Origin: Candidatus Latescibacterota bacterium
GTDB lineage: Bacteria > Latescibacterota > UBA2968 > GCA-2709665
NCBI GenBank assembly: GCA_965222075.1
Contig: OZ244937.1
Span: forward strand, 4,480,001-4,544,000
Direction of reading: 5' to 3'
Length of the DNA: 64,000 nt
Positions 1-9,531 of this stretch are shown here, in pieces. A model generated the notes under the pieces. That model had not been told where the DNA came from and searched no databases. It worked only from the letters and a program-made list of their open reading frames with translations. The stretch's first letter is position 1, and each line of letters opens with the position of its first letter. The position numbers and the translations under genes were made by a program.

Positions 1-506
1 ATCACCATCCGCTGCTGCTGTCCTCCCGAAAGTTGATGCGGGTACCGGCGCATCGCCAGCCCCGGATCGGGCATACGCACCCGGTCCAGCATCTCAACAC
101 AGCGCCTCTCGGCCTCTTCATTCCCCCTATCCTGGTGAACCGTCAGCGTCTCTTTGAGCTGGTCCCCGATGCGCATCGCCGGATTCAACGCCTGCTGGGG
201 ATGCTGATATACCATGGAAATCTGATTTCCCCGAAGCTCGCTCAACTCCTCCCCGCACCTCCCCACAAGTTCCTGCCCCAAAAACAGGATACTCCCTTCT
301 TTAATGTACCCGTTCGCACTCAGAAAATTGACAATGGACCACGCTACCGTACTCTTCCCACACCCCGATTCGCCGACCAGTCCAAAACTCTCCCCCTGCC
401 CGATCTCAAAAGAGACATTGTGCACCGCGTCCACCTCGCCATCCCGCACCTTGTACGCAACCGCAAGGTTTTCAACCTTGAGCACTGGAACAGATGCTTC
501 AACCAA
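1..506 (-). CDS. Oligopeptide/dipeptide ABC transporter ATP-binding protein (DppD/OppD-like); runs off the window edge
   Basis: Not in the ORF track. Manual translation from TTG at 506 (AAGGAG RBS upstream) gives VLKVENLAVAY...GLVGESGCGKST (Walker A) ... RRYPHQLSGGQQQRMV (ABC signature). Confidence 0.9.
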   Translation of the reverse strand, partial: MVEASVPVLKVENLAVAYKVRDGEVDAVHNVSFEIGQGESFGLVGESGCGKSTVAWSIVNFLSANGYIKEGSILFLGQELVGRCGEELSELRGNQISMVYQHPQQALNPAMRIGDQLKETLTVHQDRGNEEAERRCVEMLDRVRMPDPGLAMRRYPHQLSGGQQQRMV

Positions 507-649
507 AAGAAACGCTCCTTTTACGCCTTCCCTAACTGCGAGCCGCTGGCGGATGGCTGGGGATCACAGGGGCCGCGTGACCAAGTCCTTTATCTACAAA
601 CTGCACGGCGATTGAACCGGAAACTATCCGATCCGCTTGTGGCCCTCAC

Positions 650-1639
650 CTAACGCTGGTAGCGCGCCGTCTCCTCCTGCAGCCCGTCCGCAAACAGATT
701 CAACCCCACCACCAGCGACGAAATCGCCGCGGCCGGCCACACCACGGCCAGCGGATGGGCAAAGATAAACCTGCGGGCTTCGTTCACCATATTCCCCCAG
801 TCCGGATCGGGCGGAGGCAGGCCGATGCCTAAGAACCCCAGCGTGCCGATCGTAAAAATCGCGTACCCCATCCGCAGCGTCGCATCCACGATAAGCGGGC
901 TCCTTACATTTGGCAGGATCTCCCTGTACATAATGTACCACGACCGCTCCCCGCGCGTCCGGGCGGCCTGAACATAATCCCGACTCTTGATATCCAAGGT
1001 CATCCCCCGTACCAGCCGTGCGATGCCCGGCGTTCCCGTCATCGTAATCGCTAAAATCACCACCGGATCGCCCTGGCCTAAGGCCGCGATCACAATCAGG
1101 TAGAGCACAATCCGGGGAAACGCGATCAGCGCATCCAACACCTGCATAACGATCTGATCGATCCACCCTCCCCGGTACCCTGCATTGAGCCCCAAAAACG
1201 TCCCGAAGGCCAGCGACCCGATCACCCCCCACAGCGCCACCCCCCCCGGCAGAACCGTGCCCCCGGGAAGCCGTGTCTTGATGAGAATCACCTGCGTACC
1301 TGCCATCAGGCGCGACAGCAAATCGCGCCCTAAGTGGTCCGTGCCCAGCGGATGCATCAGCGTAGGCCTCATATTCTGCACAAAATCGGTCGCCGTGGAC
1401 TTATACGGCGTCCAGAAAAGCGACAAGATGCCCGTCCCGAACCACAACAGGACAATCACAAGCCCCACGGTGCCGATGCGCGATCCCAAAACAATCGACA
1501 CCTGCTCCCAAAACCGCCTGAAGCGCGACGGCCGCTTCACCTGTGCAGCAGTGGACTGTGCAACAGCGATGGGTAACCTCCGTAAGCGTTCAGATTCAGC
1601 AGTCCTCTTCCTGCCCCATTGTCCCTTATCTGTGTTCAT
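650..1639 (-). CDS. Peptide ABC transporter permease (DppC/OppC family)
   Basis: HPLGTDHLGRDLLSRLM motif, EAA-loop DYVQAARTRG, and LGFLGIGLPPPDPDWGNMV. Confidence 0.92.
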   Translation of the reverse strand: MNTDKGQWGRKRTAESERLRRLPIAVAQSTAAQVKRPSRFRRFWEQVSIVLGSRIGTVGLVIVLLWFGTGILSLFWTPYKSTATDFVQNMRPTLMHPLGTDHLGRDLLSRLMAGTQVILIKTRLPGGTVLPGGVALWGVIGSLAFGTFLGLNAGYRGGWIDQIVMQVLDALIAFPRIVLYLIVIAALGQGDPVVILAITMTGTPGIARLVRGMTLDIKSRDYVQAARTRGERSWYIMYREILPNVRSPLIVDATLRMGYAIFTIGTLGFLGIGLPPPDPDWGNMVNEARRFIFAHPLAVVWPAAAISSLVVGLNLFADGLQEETARYQR

Positions 1640-1645
1640 CTGTGG

Positions 1646-3079
1646 TTACTTTTCTCTGGCCTCTGTCTCTCCCACTGTCCATCGCAGCGCCTCAGCCACA
1701 ATCGCCAGTTCATCGGGCCGAACCGTTCGCAGGTCCAGAAACAATCGGTCCTCCCGAACATACCCCAAAACCGGTGGTGTGTGCCGTCTCAGACGGGCCG
1801 CCAGGTCTCCAACAGAGCGCCCGGGCCAGGATAGGGTCAACGCCGTGCTGGGGATCTCCTCCAGCGGGAGCGCGCCGCTGCCCGTTTGAGCGACCGAAGG
1901 CTCCAGGCCGAGCCGGACGCCCCGGTCCGTCAGGTCCGCCAGTCGCCTGAGCAGCCAGCCGCCCCGCCTCCGCAGCGATCCCGCAGGTTCGGTCAGCATC
2001 CGCAGCGTCGGGTGTTTCCGGAGGAGCGTCTTCCGGTTCAGAAACAGCTTCAGCGTGGCCTCTAAGGCGGCGTAGGTCAGCTTGCCGCAGCGCAGGGCGC
2101 GCATCAGCGGGTTCTGCCGAATCCGGTCCAGCGCCTCCCGCCTGCCCACCAGCAGCCCCGCCTGCGGCCCCCCAAGGACCTTATCCCCGCTAAAGCTTAC
2201 CACGTCGGCTCCCGTAGCAACGCTGTCGGACACAAGCGGCTCGTAGGGTAGCCCGTAATCCCGCAAATCCATCAGCACCCCGCCCCCTAAGTCGTGCGCC
2301 ACTGGAACCCCGTGCCGCCGTCCCAGAGCCACCAGTTCCTCTAAGGCAACCTCGGCCGTGAACCCCATCACCTTATAATTGCTTGGATGGACCGCCAGCA
2401 TCAGGCCGGTCCGGTCGCTCAGCGCCGCCTCAAAATCCCGCAGATGCGTCCGGTTGGTGGTGCCTACTTCCACCATCACCGCACCGCTTCGGGCCATGAG
2501 ATCGGGCATACGGAACGAACCGCCGATCTCAATCAACTGACCCCGGGAAACGACCGCTTCCCGGCCCAGAGCGAGCGTATTGAGCACAAGCAGCACCGCA
2601 GCGGCGTTGTTGTTCACCACACAGGCCGCCTCTGCGCCGGTCAGTTTACAAAGGATCTCTTCCACCAGTGCGATCCTGGCCCCCCGCTGCCCCGATTCGA
2701 GGTCTACTTCTAAGTTGCTGTAATAGCCTGCCGTATGTGAAATTTGCTTGAGGGCCGCCTTCGGCAGGGGCGCCCGCCCCAGGTTGGTATGCAGTACGAT
2801 TCCAGTGGCATTCACCACCCGAAAGAGACTGGGAGCAAGCGTCTCATCCAGACGCCGACGCACATCGTCCACCACCTGCTGGACCATTGCCTCACGGTCG
2901 CCCCCCACGGCCTCACCCCGGCCCATCGCCTCCCGGAGCGCATCGATACAATCGCGCACCAGCCCGGTTACCACGGGCGCATCAACCTGTTCAAACAATG
3001 CGCGTACCCCCGTTTCGGAAAGCACGCGGTCTACAGGCGGGATCACAGAAAAATCGGCCTGAGTCCTCGTCGCTGGCAA
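1646..3079 (-). CDS. selA: L-seryl-tRNA(Sec) selenium transferase (selenocysteine synthase)
   Basis: VVNATGIVLHTNLGRAPL, YSNLEVDLESGQRGAR, VVNNNAAAV, EIGGSFRMPD, EVGTTNRTH and the PLP-lysine motif FSGDKVLGGPQAG. Confidence 0.97.
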   Translation of the reverse strand: MPATRTQADFSVIPPVDRVLSETGVRALFEQVDAPVVTGLVRDCIDALREAMGRGEAVGGDREAMVQQVVDDVRRRLDETLAPSLFRVVNATGIVLHTNLGRAPLPKAALKQISHTAGYYSNLEVDLESGQRGARIALVEEILCKLTGAEAACVVNNNAAAVLLVLNTLALGREAVVSRGQLIEIGGSFRMPDLMARSGAVMVEVGTTNRTHLRDFEAALSDRTGLMLAVHPSNYKVMGFTAEVALEELVALGRRHGVPVAHDLGGGVLMDLRDYGLPYEPLVSDSVATGADVVSFSGDKVLGGPQAGLLVGRREALDRIRQNPLMRALRCGKLTYAALEATLKLFLNRKTLLRKHPTLRMLTEPAGSLRRRGGWLLRRLADLTDRGVRLGLEPSVAQTGSGALPLEEIPSTALTLSWPGRSVGDLAARLRRHTPPVLGYVREDRLFLDLRTVRPDELAIVAEALRWTVGETEAREK

Positions 3080-3096
3080 AAATGGCGTCCTTTCAT

Positions 3097-5334
3097 TCAG
3101 GGCATGATCTCAAACCGAATCTCTTTGGAGACCTTCTTCCTGGCCAACAGGTCGATAACCGCCACCTGAACCTTTTGCCCGCCCGGCTTGGTCCGGGTCA
3201 GGTCGAGTTCCACATACGCCACTTCATCCTGTTTCTCCCCCGTCTGCTCGTACGCAATCACCACTTCCTGGCCCTTCTCCGAAATGCGGAACAGCCGGCC
3301 AAAGCCGTGCAGCACCCGCGCGGGAACGGAGCGTTCCTCGTAGGACCGGAGTTTATACTCCACACGGTACTGAGTCTGCCCGAATTCATCCCGCCTCAAA
3401 TTGTAAATCTCGAAATACACGAAGGCGTTCTGATCGTCCCGAAATGCCCGGGACGACATCGGAATGATCTCCAGACCCTGTTTGACAAAGGGGCCCTCTT
3501 CCATAGGAGTCATCGAGAAGGCCAGCTCAATATCGCTGATCTGCAGCGCCTCCCTTCCCCTGTAGTCCTCCAGCAGGATCTCCTGCTGGTAGACCTGGGA
3601 CTTACCGGAAGAGAAATCCTGGACCTGGAAGGCCATATGGTATGGCCCCGGCGGCAGGTCAACCGGCAGGATACCCGGAATAAAGGCCCCCTTCTCGATC
3701 TGCTGGTCCGTAGGGACCTTAAAAACAATCTGGTCCTGAACCCGGTGGACCTCGTTCCAGAGGCTGTCGAAGATGGCCAGCCCCCGGCCCAGCACGAGCA
3801 GGTCGGTCTTCTCGTCCACGTTCAGCCGGACCACTTCGGAGGCCGGCAGGCCGTAATAGATCTCCAGCCGGGTCTTATCCTCCGGCCCCCGGTAACTCGC
3901 CGGATAATAGTGGAAATCGATCGGAAGGTCCGCAAAGTCGGGCACGTAAATCGAAGCCTGTTTCACCGCGATCTGATCCACAATTACACGTCCGTGCAGC
4001 TTCATCAATTCGGTCGTCAGTGACAGCAGATTCCCCTGGGGAACGGGCGCAAACACATAGCGCCGATTGCTGTGCTCGCTCACAAACGTAATCTCGGTCC
4101 CCCCGTTGATGTCGGCGTACACCCAGTACTCCCACCGGACGTCTGTTCTGACTGGAAACATGGGAAGGCCGGGGTCCACCCGAAGCCCGATGCGAAACCG
4201 GTTGATAAAATTGGTCCTGGCATCCTGGATGTAGGGATCGAGTTCGGCCTGGATGTCGCTCGACCGGCTGACGTGGTCTGGATCGCCCAGCCGGATGTAG
4301 ACACCTCCCCGGTCGTCCCAGGGGAATTCCGCTTGAGCAAAATGCTGCCGGGCGTGGGCCACCCGCCGGTAGTGCTCCACGAGGCGCTCGTTTGAGGCCG
4401 ACAGCGGAGCGGGGTCCCGGCGCTTCCAGAAACGCCGATTCACCTCCTCCTTCTGGTCGTCGGGCGTGTTTTTATAACGCGCCAGTTCCTCCTTTGTGGC
4501 CACGAAGGAAATATCCCGGTAAAGCCGCTGTTCCTCCCCGGGCAGTTGGTCGATGTAGGTCTCGAAAAACTGCTGCGCATGCTCAAAGTCCCGGTCCGCC
4601 TGGCTGATGAGCGCCATCTCCAGATGGACCCGGGGCTCAACCTCGCCCCCGGCCGCTATCATCTCCTCGAAAATTTGCACAGCCTCCTGCTTCTGGCCCT
4701 TTCCAAGCAGCAGCTTTGCCAGCCGGTAGCCCGCCTTGGAGTGGGCGGGATAGGCCGATACCTGCTGCCGATAGGCAGCGATGGCATCAATCGAATCCTC
4801 CTGCCCCTCCAGCAGCAGGCCGATCCGGTAGTAGGCATCCCGGTGGCGGGCATCGAGTTCCAGGACCTGCTCAAAGGCCTTCAGTGCCTCCGACGGTCGG
4901 GAGTCCTGGTAGGTCACAGCGAGGTTGTACTGCGCCTCCACAAAGGTGGGGTCTTCACCTAAAGCGCGCCGGAAACTGACCCGTGCACGCCGCTTATCCC
5001 TACCCTTCAAGTACACCAGACCGATCCCATTGCGGCCTGCGGCCTTCGCCCCCAGCTTGATCGCCTTTTCAAAGGCCTTTTTCGCCCCCTTTCCATCTCC
5101 TCTATCCAGATAGGCGTGGCCCAGAAGAACGTAGACCTCGGCCTGCTCATAACCGGCGTCAATCACCGCCTGCAGGGCGGCAGCCGCGTCCCCTGGCCGT
5201 TTATTCCGGATGTGCGCTTCCGCCGCCCTCCGGAGGGAATCCGCCCGCGCAGGGGTCAGCACACCCTGCGCAGCACTGATATTGGAAGTAAAAAAAAGCA
5301 CCAGAAAACAGAGGATCAAACGTTGACATCGCAT
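3097..5334 (-). CDS. Exported TPR-repeat protein with a GWxTD domain
   Basis: Signal peptide from MRCQRL (ATG at 5334), several TPR motifs, FWKRRDP...NERLVEHYRRV...PWDDRGGVYIRLGDPD (GWxTD-type core), and a C-terminal Ig-like region. Confidence 0.8.
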   Translation of the reverse strand: MRCQRLILCFLVLFFTSNISAAQGVLTPARADSLRRAAEAHIRNKRPGDAAAALQAVIDAGYEQAEVYVLLGHAYLDRGDGKGAKKAFEKAIKLGAKAAGRNGIGLVYLKGRDKRRARVSFRRALGEDPTFVEAQYNLAVTYQDSRPSEALKAFEQVLELDARHRDAYYRIGLLLEGQEDSIDAIAAYRQQVSAYPAHSKAGYRLAKLLLGKGQKQEAVQIFEEMIAAGGEVEPRVHLEMALISQADRDFEHAQQFFETYIDQLPGEEQRLYRDISFVATKEELARYKNTPDDQKEEVNRRFWKRRDPAPLSASNERLVEHYRRVAHARQHFAQAEFPWDDRGGVYIRLGDPDHVSRSSDIQAELDPYIQDARTNFINRFRIGLRVDPGLPMFPVRTDVRWEYWVYADINGGTEITFVSEHSNRRYVFAPVPQGNLLSLTTELMKLHGRVIVDQIAVKQASIYVPDFADLPIDFHYYPASYRGPEDKTRLEIYYGLPASEVVRLNVDEKTDLLVLGRGLAIFDSLWNEVHRVQDQIVFKVPTDQQIEKGAFIPGILPVDLPPGPYHMAFQVQDFSSGKSQVYQQEILLEDYRGREALQISDIELAFSMTPMEEGPFVKQGLEIIPMSSRAFRDDQNAFVYFEIYNLRRDEFGQTQYRVEYKLRSYEERSVPARVLHGFGRLFRISEKGQEVVIAYEQTGEKQDEVAYVELDLTRTKPGGQKVQVAVIDLLARKKVSKEIRFEIMP

Positions 5335-5519
5335 GGAAACGCCCCCGATAAAATCCCTGCCCAAATGAGATCGCCCCCCGGTGTTGCAGCGAGAGGCGGT
5401 ACATGATAAATATAAGTAAATCTATGCAATATTGTGTCCTTGAGCAAAGGAATTCTTGAGACCCGTTAGAGGCGGCCAAGCGGTGCGATCCGCCGCGCTT
5501 CTCCAAATGCGTTTCAACA

Positions 5520-5548
5520 TTGACAAGACCGGACTCAGGCTATATCTT
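5520..5548 (+). promoter_or_regulatory. Sigma70-type promoter upstream of galU
   Basis: TTGACA (5520-5525), 17-nt spacer, TATCTT (5543-5548). Confidence 0.6.
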
Positions 5549-5596
5549 TGAGCCAGTGATCCCCGTCCCTTTATATTAGGTCATGGAGAAGCCTAT

Positions 5597-6544
5597 ATGT
5601 TTGTACGAAAAGTGGTTATCCCGGTAGCCGGCCTGGGCACCCGCCTCTTTCCCACCACCAAAGCCCTCCCCAAAGAGATGCTCCCCGTGGGCCCCTATCC
5701 CGCCATCCAGCACGTGGTGGAGGAGATGGCCGCGGCCAACCTGAAGAAAATCCTTTTTATCACCTCTCGGGGCAAAGCCATCATAGAAAATCAGTTCGAC
5801 AACAACGTCGACGTCGTCATCCACCTCGAACAGGACGGACGGCTGAACGACCTGGGAGACTTCGACTACAGCAGGCGTGGAATCGAGTTTTTTTATACCC
5901 GCCAGCAGGTACCGGCCGGCACGACCAAACCGCAGGGCACCGGAGCAGCCGTTGCAGCGGCCGAAAGCTTTGTAGACGACGAACACTTTGTGGTCGCCTA
6001 CGGCGATACCATCATCAGCTCCACGCGAACCCCGAGCTTTATCGGCCGGATGATAGAAGCACATCTCAAACACAACGCCACCTGTACCCTGGGCGTCCGA
6101 CACGTTTCACCGGACTTGGTCGGTCGATATGGCATGGTAAAGCCGGTTCCGGGCGAAGACCTGAAGGCCGACAGTTTTCGGATCGAAGACGTGGTGGAAA
6201 AGCCCACCGCAGACGAAGCGCCCAGCTCTATGGCCGTGAGCGCCCGCTACATCTTTGGTCCAGAGATCTTTGAACGCTTAGAACGCATTCCCCCTTCCGA
6301 ATATCAACTGACCGAAGCCATTCGGGGCCTGATCCGGTCCGGGCACATGGTCCGCTGCGTGCAAATGGCACCGGACGAGACCCGCTACGACATCGGCAGC
6401 CACGAAAGCTACTACAAGGCATTCATCGACTTTGCCCTCCAGGACCCCAACTGCGGAGAAAGTATCCGGTATTATATCCAAGCCTGCGCCGGTAGACATC
6501 CAGTTGAGGCAACCGCCTCAAATTCAACCACAACCAGCTCCTGA
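5597..6544 (+). CDS. galU: UTP--glucose-1-phosphate uridylyltransferase
   Basis: KVVIPVAGLGTRLFPTTKALPKEMLPV, QGTGAAV, VVEKP, EYQLTEAI, RYDIGS. Confidence 0.88.
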   Translation: MFVRKVVIPVAGLGTRLFPTTKALPKEMLPVGPYPAIQHVVEEMAAANLKKILFITSRGKAIIENQFDNNVDVVIHLEQDGRLNDLGDFDYSRRGIEFFYTRQQVPAGTTKPQGTGAAVAAAESFVDDEHFVVAYGDTIISSTRTPSFIGRMIEAHLKHNATCTLGVRHVSPDLVGRYGMVKPVPGEDLKADSFRIEDVVEKPTADEAPSSMAVSARYIFGPEIFERLERIPPSEYQLTEAIRGLIRSGHMVRCVQMAPDETRYDIGSHESYYKAFIDFALQDPNCGESIRYYIQACAGRHPVEATASNSTTTSS

Positions 6545-6672
6545 CCTATCCCAATACCTACGACCAGGTCATCTTTGCCCAGATCGACCAGGCCTGGAAC
6601 CTGGGCGCCGCCGGTGTGGGTGCCACCATCTACTTCGGATCTCCCGAGTCCAACCGGCAGATCACCGAAGTC
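6517..6672 (+). pseudogene. fbaB: Internal fragment of a class I (FbaB/DhnA-type) fructose-bisphosphate aldolase
   Basis: The frame from 6517 reads LKFNHNQLLTYPNTYDQVIFAQIDQAWNLGAAGVGATIYFGSPESNRQITEV, matching the FbaB core. No start or end; overlaps the last codons of galU. Confidence 0.85.
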
Positions 6673-6785
6673 AAATGTTCACCGCGGTCACCATCGCATA
6701 GCAGAAATTTCCCCCTATGTATAAAAGGGCCTTCCAGACAGTGCTTCTGGAAGGCCCCCACCCCGAGAGTCCCGCCGGGTCGCCC

Positions 6786-7023
6786 CTACTTCTTCTTGGG
6801 CTTTGGCATATACTTTTTCAGCCGCTGCGAAATGATATCGGCCGTATAGGGTTTCACCACATAATCGTTCGCGTCCGCCTGAACTTTTTGGCAACCTTAA
6901 CTGTACGGGCGCGCTCAAATCCGACGTCATCCGCGCGATTTCTGCAGCTACGGACGATAGCGTCGGAAACTCCTGGGCCTCATCGATCAACCTTACCACA
7001 TCTTCTTCTGTTATGGTCCACAC
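6786..7023 (-). pseudogene. Remnant of an HDOD-domain / response-regulator receiver gene with internal deletion and frameshift
   Basis: N-part EFPTLSSVAAEIARMTSD resembles the HDOD start. A different frame then reads ANDYVVKPYTADIISQRLKKYMPKPKKK* (receiver C-terminal GAxDYxxKP motif). Confidence 0.6.
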
Positions 7024-7043
7024 ACATCCTTTGTTCAGATGCT

Positions 7044-7490
7044 CTACCCGTCGTCTTTCACCAGCCTCTTCCCGTCAAAAATCAGCTTTCCCTTCTCGTA
7101 GATACAACCGGTCTCTTCATCGAGCTCGTACTTCATCAACTGGCCGAGGGACAGATGGTCGAAGACCACCCTGGGATCTTCGTATTTCTCGATCAGCTTT
7201 TCAATAGGGCCTTCAAACTGAAGCTGCCGGCGTTTTGGTTTCTCCTTTTCACGCCGCTCTTGCTCCTCCTTAGAGAGAATAGGCAAACGCTCGGCAGCCG
7301 GCCCCAGCCTGCTGACGTATTCCTGCTGCCGTCGATACCGGTCATGACGCTTTTCAAGTTCGGACTTCTCCTCCACATTCTCGTAATATTCTCCGACCTC
7401 TTCGGCCTTCCGGCGAAATCGTTCTCGCTCCTCCTCTTTCAGATCGTCATTGCCCGCCTTCCGCATAATATCTCTGACGGACCTGTTCAT
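7044..7490 (-). CDS. Hypothetical charged protein (148 aa)
   Basis: ATG with GGAGG RBS upstream; coding-like K/E/R-rich composition; no recognised motif. Confidence 0.7.
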   Translation of the reverse strand: MNRSVRDIMRKAGNDDLKEEERERFRRKAEEVGEYYENVEEKSELEKRHDRYRRQQEYVSRLGPAAERLPILSKEEQERREKEKPKRRQLQFEGPIEKLIEKYEDPRVVFDHLSLGQLMKYELDEETGCIYEKGKLIFDGKRLVKDDG

Positions 7491-7623
7491 CGTTTAACCT
7501 CCGATCCAATTTCGGATTTAAAGTCTTTCATTCCGCATTGGTGGTTCGGTGCCTTCTGTGATAAAAAACATACACCTCCACCCACCATTTGTCAACGGCT
7601 ATTTTCCTCCTTCCCCGAAATGA

Positions 7624-7652
7624 TTGACTTATCCCGCGCCTCCGGTTACTTT
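7624..7652 (+). promoter_or_regulatory. Sigma70-type promoter upstream of mazG
   Basis: TTGACT (7624-7629), 17-nt spacer, TACTTT (7647-7652). Confidence 0.55.
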
Positions 7653-7719
7653 ATCAACAGTCTTGTGTCCATCGGTGTGCATCCGTGGTTGTTTTCAGCC
7701 TTTTCCCGAGGAGTCCACC

Positions 7720-8505
7720 ATGTTTCACTTCGACAAACTGGTAGAAATCATGGACCGCCTCCGAAGCTCCAAAGGCTGTCCCTGGGACCTGAAGCAGACC
7801 CACCAGACCCTCAGACCCTACTTGATAGAAGAGGCCTATGAAGTCTTAGACGCCATCGACAGCCGGGACGACCGTGCACTCCGGGAAGAACTGGGCGACG
7901 TCCTCCTCCAGGTGGTCTTCCATGCCCAGATCGCACGGGAAGGTGGGCGGTTTACCATAGACGATGTGGCCGCCGCCATTTCAGAAAAACTCATCCGTCG
8001 CCATCCCCACGTCTTTGGAGACATAACCGTAGACGGTGCGGACCAGGTGGTCGAAAACTGGGAAGCGATCAAATCGCGTGAACAGCGGCAAAAAGGGCAA
8101 CAGGACTCTGCCCTGGAAGGCATTCCCCGCCACCTGCCGGCCCTCCTCAGAGCCCGTCGTGTTCAGGAAAAGGCCGTCAGGGTCGGCTTCAAATGGGCCC
8201 ATTCGGACGAGGTCGCGCAAAAAGTCCGGGAAGAGGTGGCGGAATTCTTCGATGCACAGGCCTCGGGAGATTCCGCCAAAATCGGAGCGGAATTGGGAGA
8301 CGTCCTCTTCGCACTGGTAAACCTGGCCGGCTTTCTGCACATCTGTCCGGAGGAGGCCCTGCACAAAACCATCGAAAAGTTCCAGGTCCGCTTCCGCTTT
8401 ATCGAAGCCGAATTGAAAAAACAGGGCAAGCGGCCCCAAACGGCCACCCTGGAAGAAATGGATCTGCTCTGGGAAAAATCAAAAGAAGCAGGGAATGAGG
8501 AATGA
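7720..8505 (+). CDS. mazG: Nucleoside triphosphate pyrophosphohydrolase MazG
   Basis: GCPWDLKQT, EEAYEV, EELGDVLLQVVFHAQIA, KLIRRHPHVFG, and a second domain ELGDVLF. Start set at ATG 7720 after GAGGAG. Confidence 0.95.
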   Translation: MFHFDKLVEIMDRLRSSKGCPWDLKQTHQTLRPYLIEEAYEVLDAIDSRDDRALREELGDVLLQVVFHAQIAREGGRFTIDDVAAAISEKLIRRHPHVFGDITVDGADQVVENWEAIKSREQRQKGQQDSALEGIPRHLPALLRARRVQEKAVRVGFKWAHSDEVAQKVREEVAEFFDAQASGDSAKIGAELGDVLFALVNLAGFLHICPEEALHKTIEKFQVRFRFIEAELKKQGKRPQTATLEEMDLLWEKSKEAGNEE

Positions 8506-8695
8506 AAGCATAGGGAAGGGTAATCCGCCCGCTTTTGGGGAGAGGAAAAGGGCCCTACTCCCTTACTGCCTACTCCCTCTTCCAACGCCTCTCTCACAGC
8601 ATCTAAGCGCGTCTGCATGAGGTCGCGCAGACGGTCTACATCGGCTGCGAGCTGCCTGCGCATCTGTTCACTGGCGGACGTGTCAGCAGCGCTCC

Positions 8696-9211
8696 TTAAC
8701 CATAGAAATCGTAGTATTTGGAGAGCTCCAACACCGGTATAGGCGCCTTTTCCCAGTCATGAATCCAGCAGATGAGACTGTCACATCCCAGATCATCCAG
8801 TCCCTGCTTCTGGAAATCGCTGCTCCTCACCAGGGTATGCGCCCGCACCAGCCGATCCTCCGAGGAAAGAACGTAGTGGGGGAACTCATCCTGCGACTTC
8901 AGTACCTCAAATCCCAACTTATTGTAGATCCGGATAAACAGCTCTCGTACATTGGTCGGGTTGCGCACCCCCGGATACGTGGCCAGACGCTCCACATGAA
9001 CATCTTCCTTCAAATACCGGTCAATCACCTCCAAAGCGGCTTCGGGAATGGCCAGGGACTTGGCGTTCTTCTTCGCCAGTTCCACCTCCACCCGTTTCAG
9101 GGTCAGTTCGGCCACCTCCTTGGACTCGCTTACCGATTTGCGCACCCGATCCCCCTCTTCATCATAATAGCCGATCCACCACTTCTTGCCACGCTGGTAG
9201 AGCCAAGCCAT
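8696..9211 (-). CDS. Hypothetical protein: integrase arm-type N-terminal domain plus degenerate PD-(D/E)xK-like C-terminal domain
   Basis: ATG 9211 with GGGAG RBS. MAWLYQRGKKWWIGYYDEEGDRVRKS...KEVAE resembles tyrosine-integrase N-termini; C-part LGFEVLKSQDEFPH...CDSLICWIHDW...VLEL. Confidence 0.65.
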   Translation of the reverse strand: MAWLYQRGKKWWIGYYDEEGDRVRKSVSESKEVAELTLKRVEVELAKKNAKSLAIPEAALEVIDRYLKEDVHVERLATYPGVRNPTNVRELFIRIYNKLGFEVLKSQDEFPHYVLSSEDRLVRAHTLVRSSDFQKQGLDDLGCDSLICWIHDWEKAPIPVLELSKYYDFYG

Positions 9212-9286
9212 CGTCTGTTCACTCCCTCTCCGGTCTACGGTCCCGATTTCAACAACCCCCGGTCCCACCCTATGTTTATGCCTCTC

Positions 9287-9411
9287 TTATCCACAAATGG
9301 CCACATTGGCAGTTGACAAAAATATACACAACTATTTTATTTTATTGTATATTATGCACAAGAAGCTTGTTTATTGACACACGTTATTTTGTGGCTGTTA
9401 GCCACAAAATA
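9287..9411. promoter_or_regulatory. AT-rich region with clustered DnaA-box-like sites and a perfect 12-bp inverted repeat
   Basis: TTATCCACA (9287-9295), ATATACACA (9322-9330), TTATGCACA (9352-9360), TTAGCCACA (9398-9406); TATTTTGTGGCT-GTT-AGCCACAAAATA (9385-9411). Confidence 0.55.
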
Positions 9412-9531
9412 TCCCCATAAATATGGAGAAAACCACATCTCAAGGCAAGTAAATTCGCCTGCGCTTGCACAAAAAACGGGCAGGCTGCCAACAACAGCCT
9501 GCCCCCTGATCCCACCGCGCTTTCAAACGGC

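Noticed and set aside
553-615. Peptide RVTKSFIYKLHGD resembling the SIR2-like KLHG motif
   Set aside because: About 20 codons with a single short motif; not distinguishable from chance without a search.
8163-8663. 166-aa minus-strand ORF following the integrase-arm gene
   Set aside because: Mostly antisense to mazG and runs through a heptamer repeat; at most a short remnant.
9335-9362. dif-like string TGTATA-TTATGCACAAG
   Set aside because: Only the spacer and half of the XerD arm match and the XerC arm is absent. The skew direction suggests an origin rather than a terminus, and it is better read as a DnaA box.
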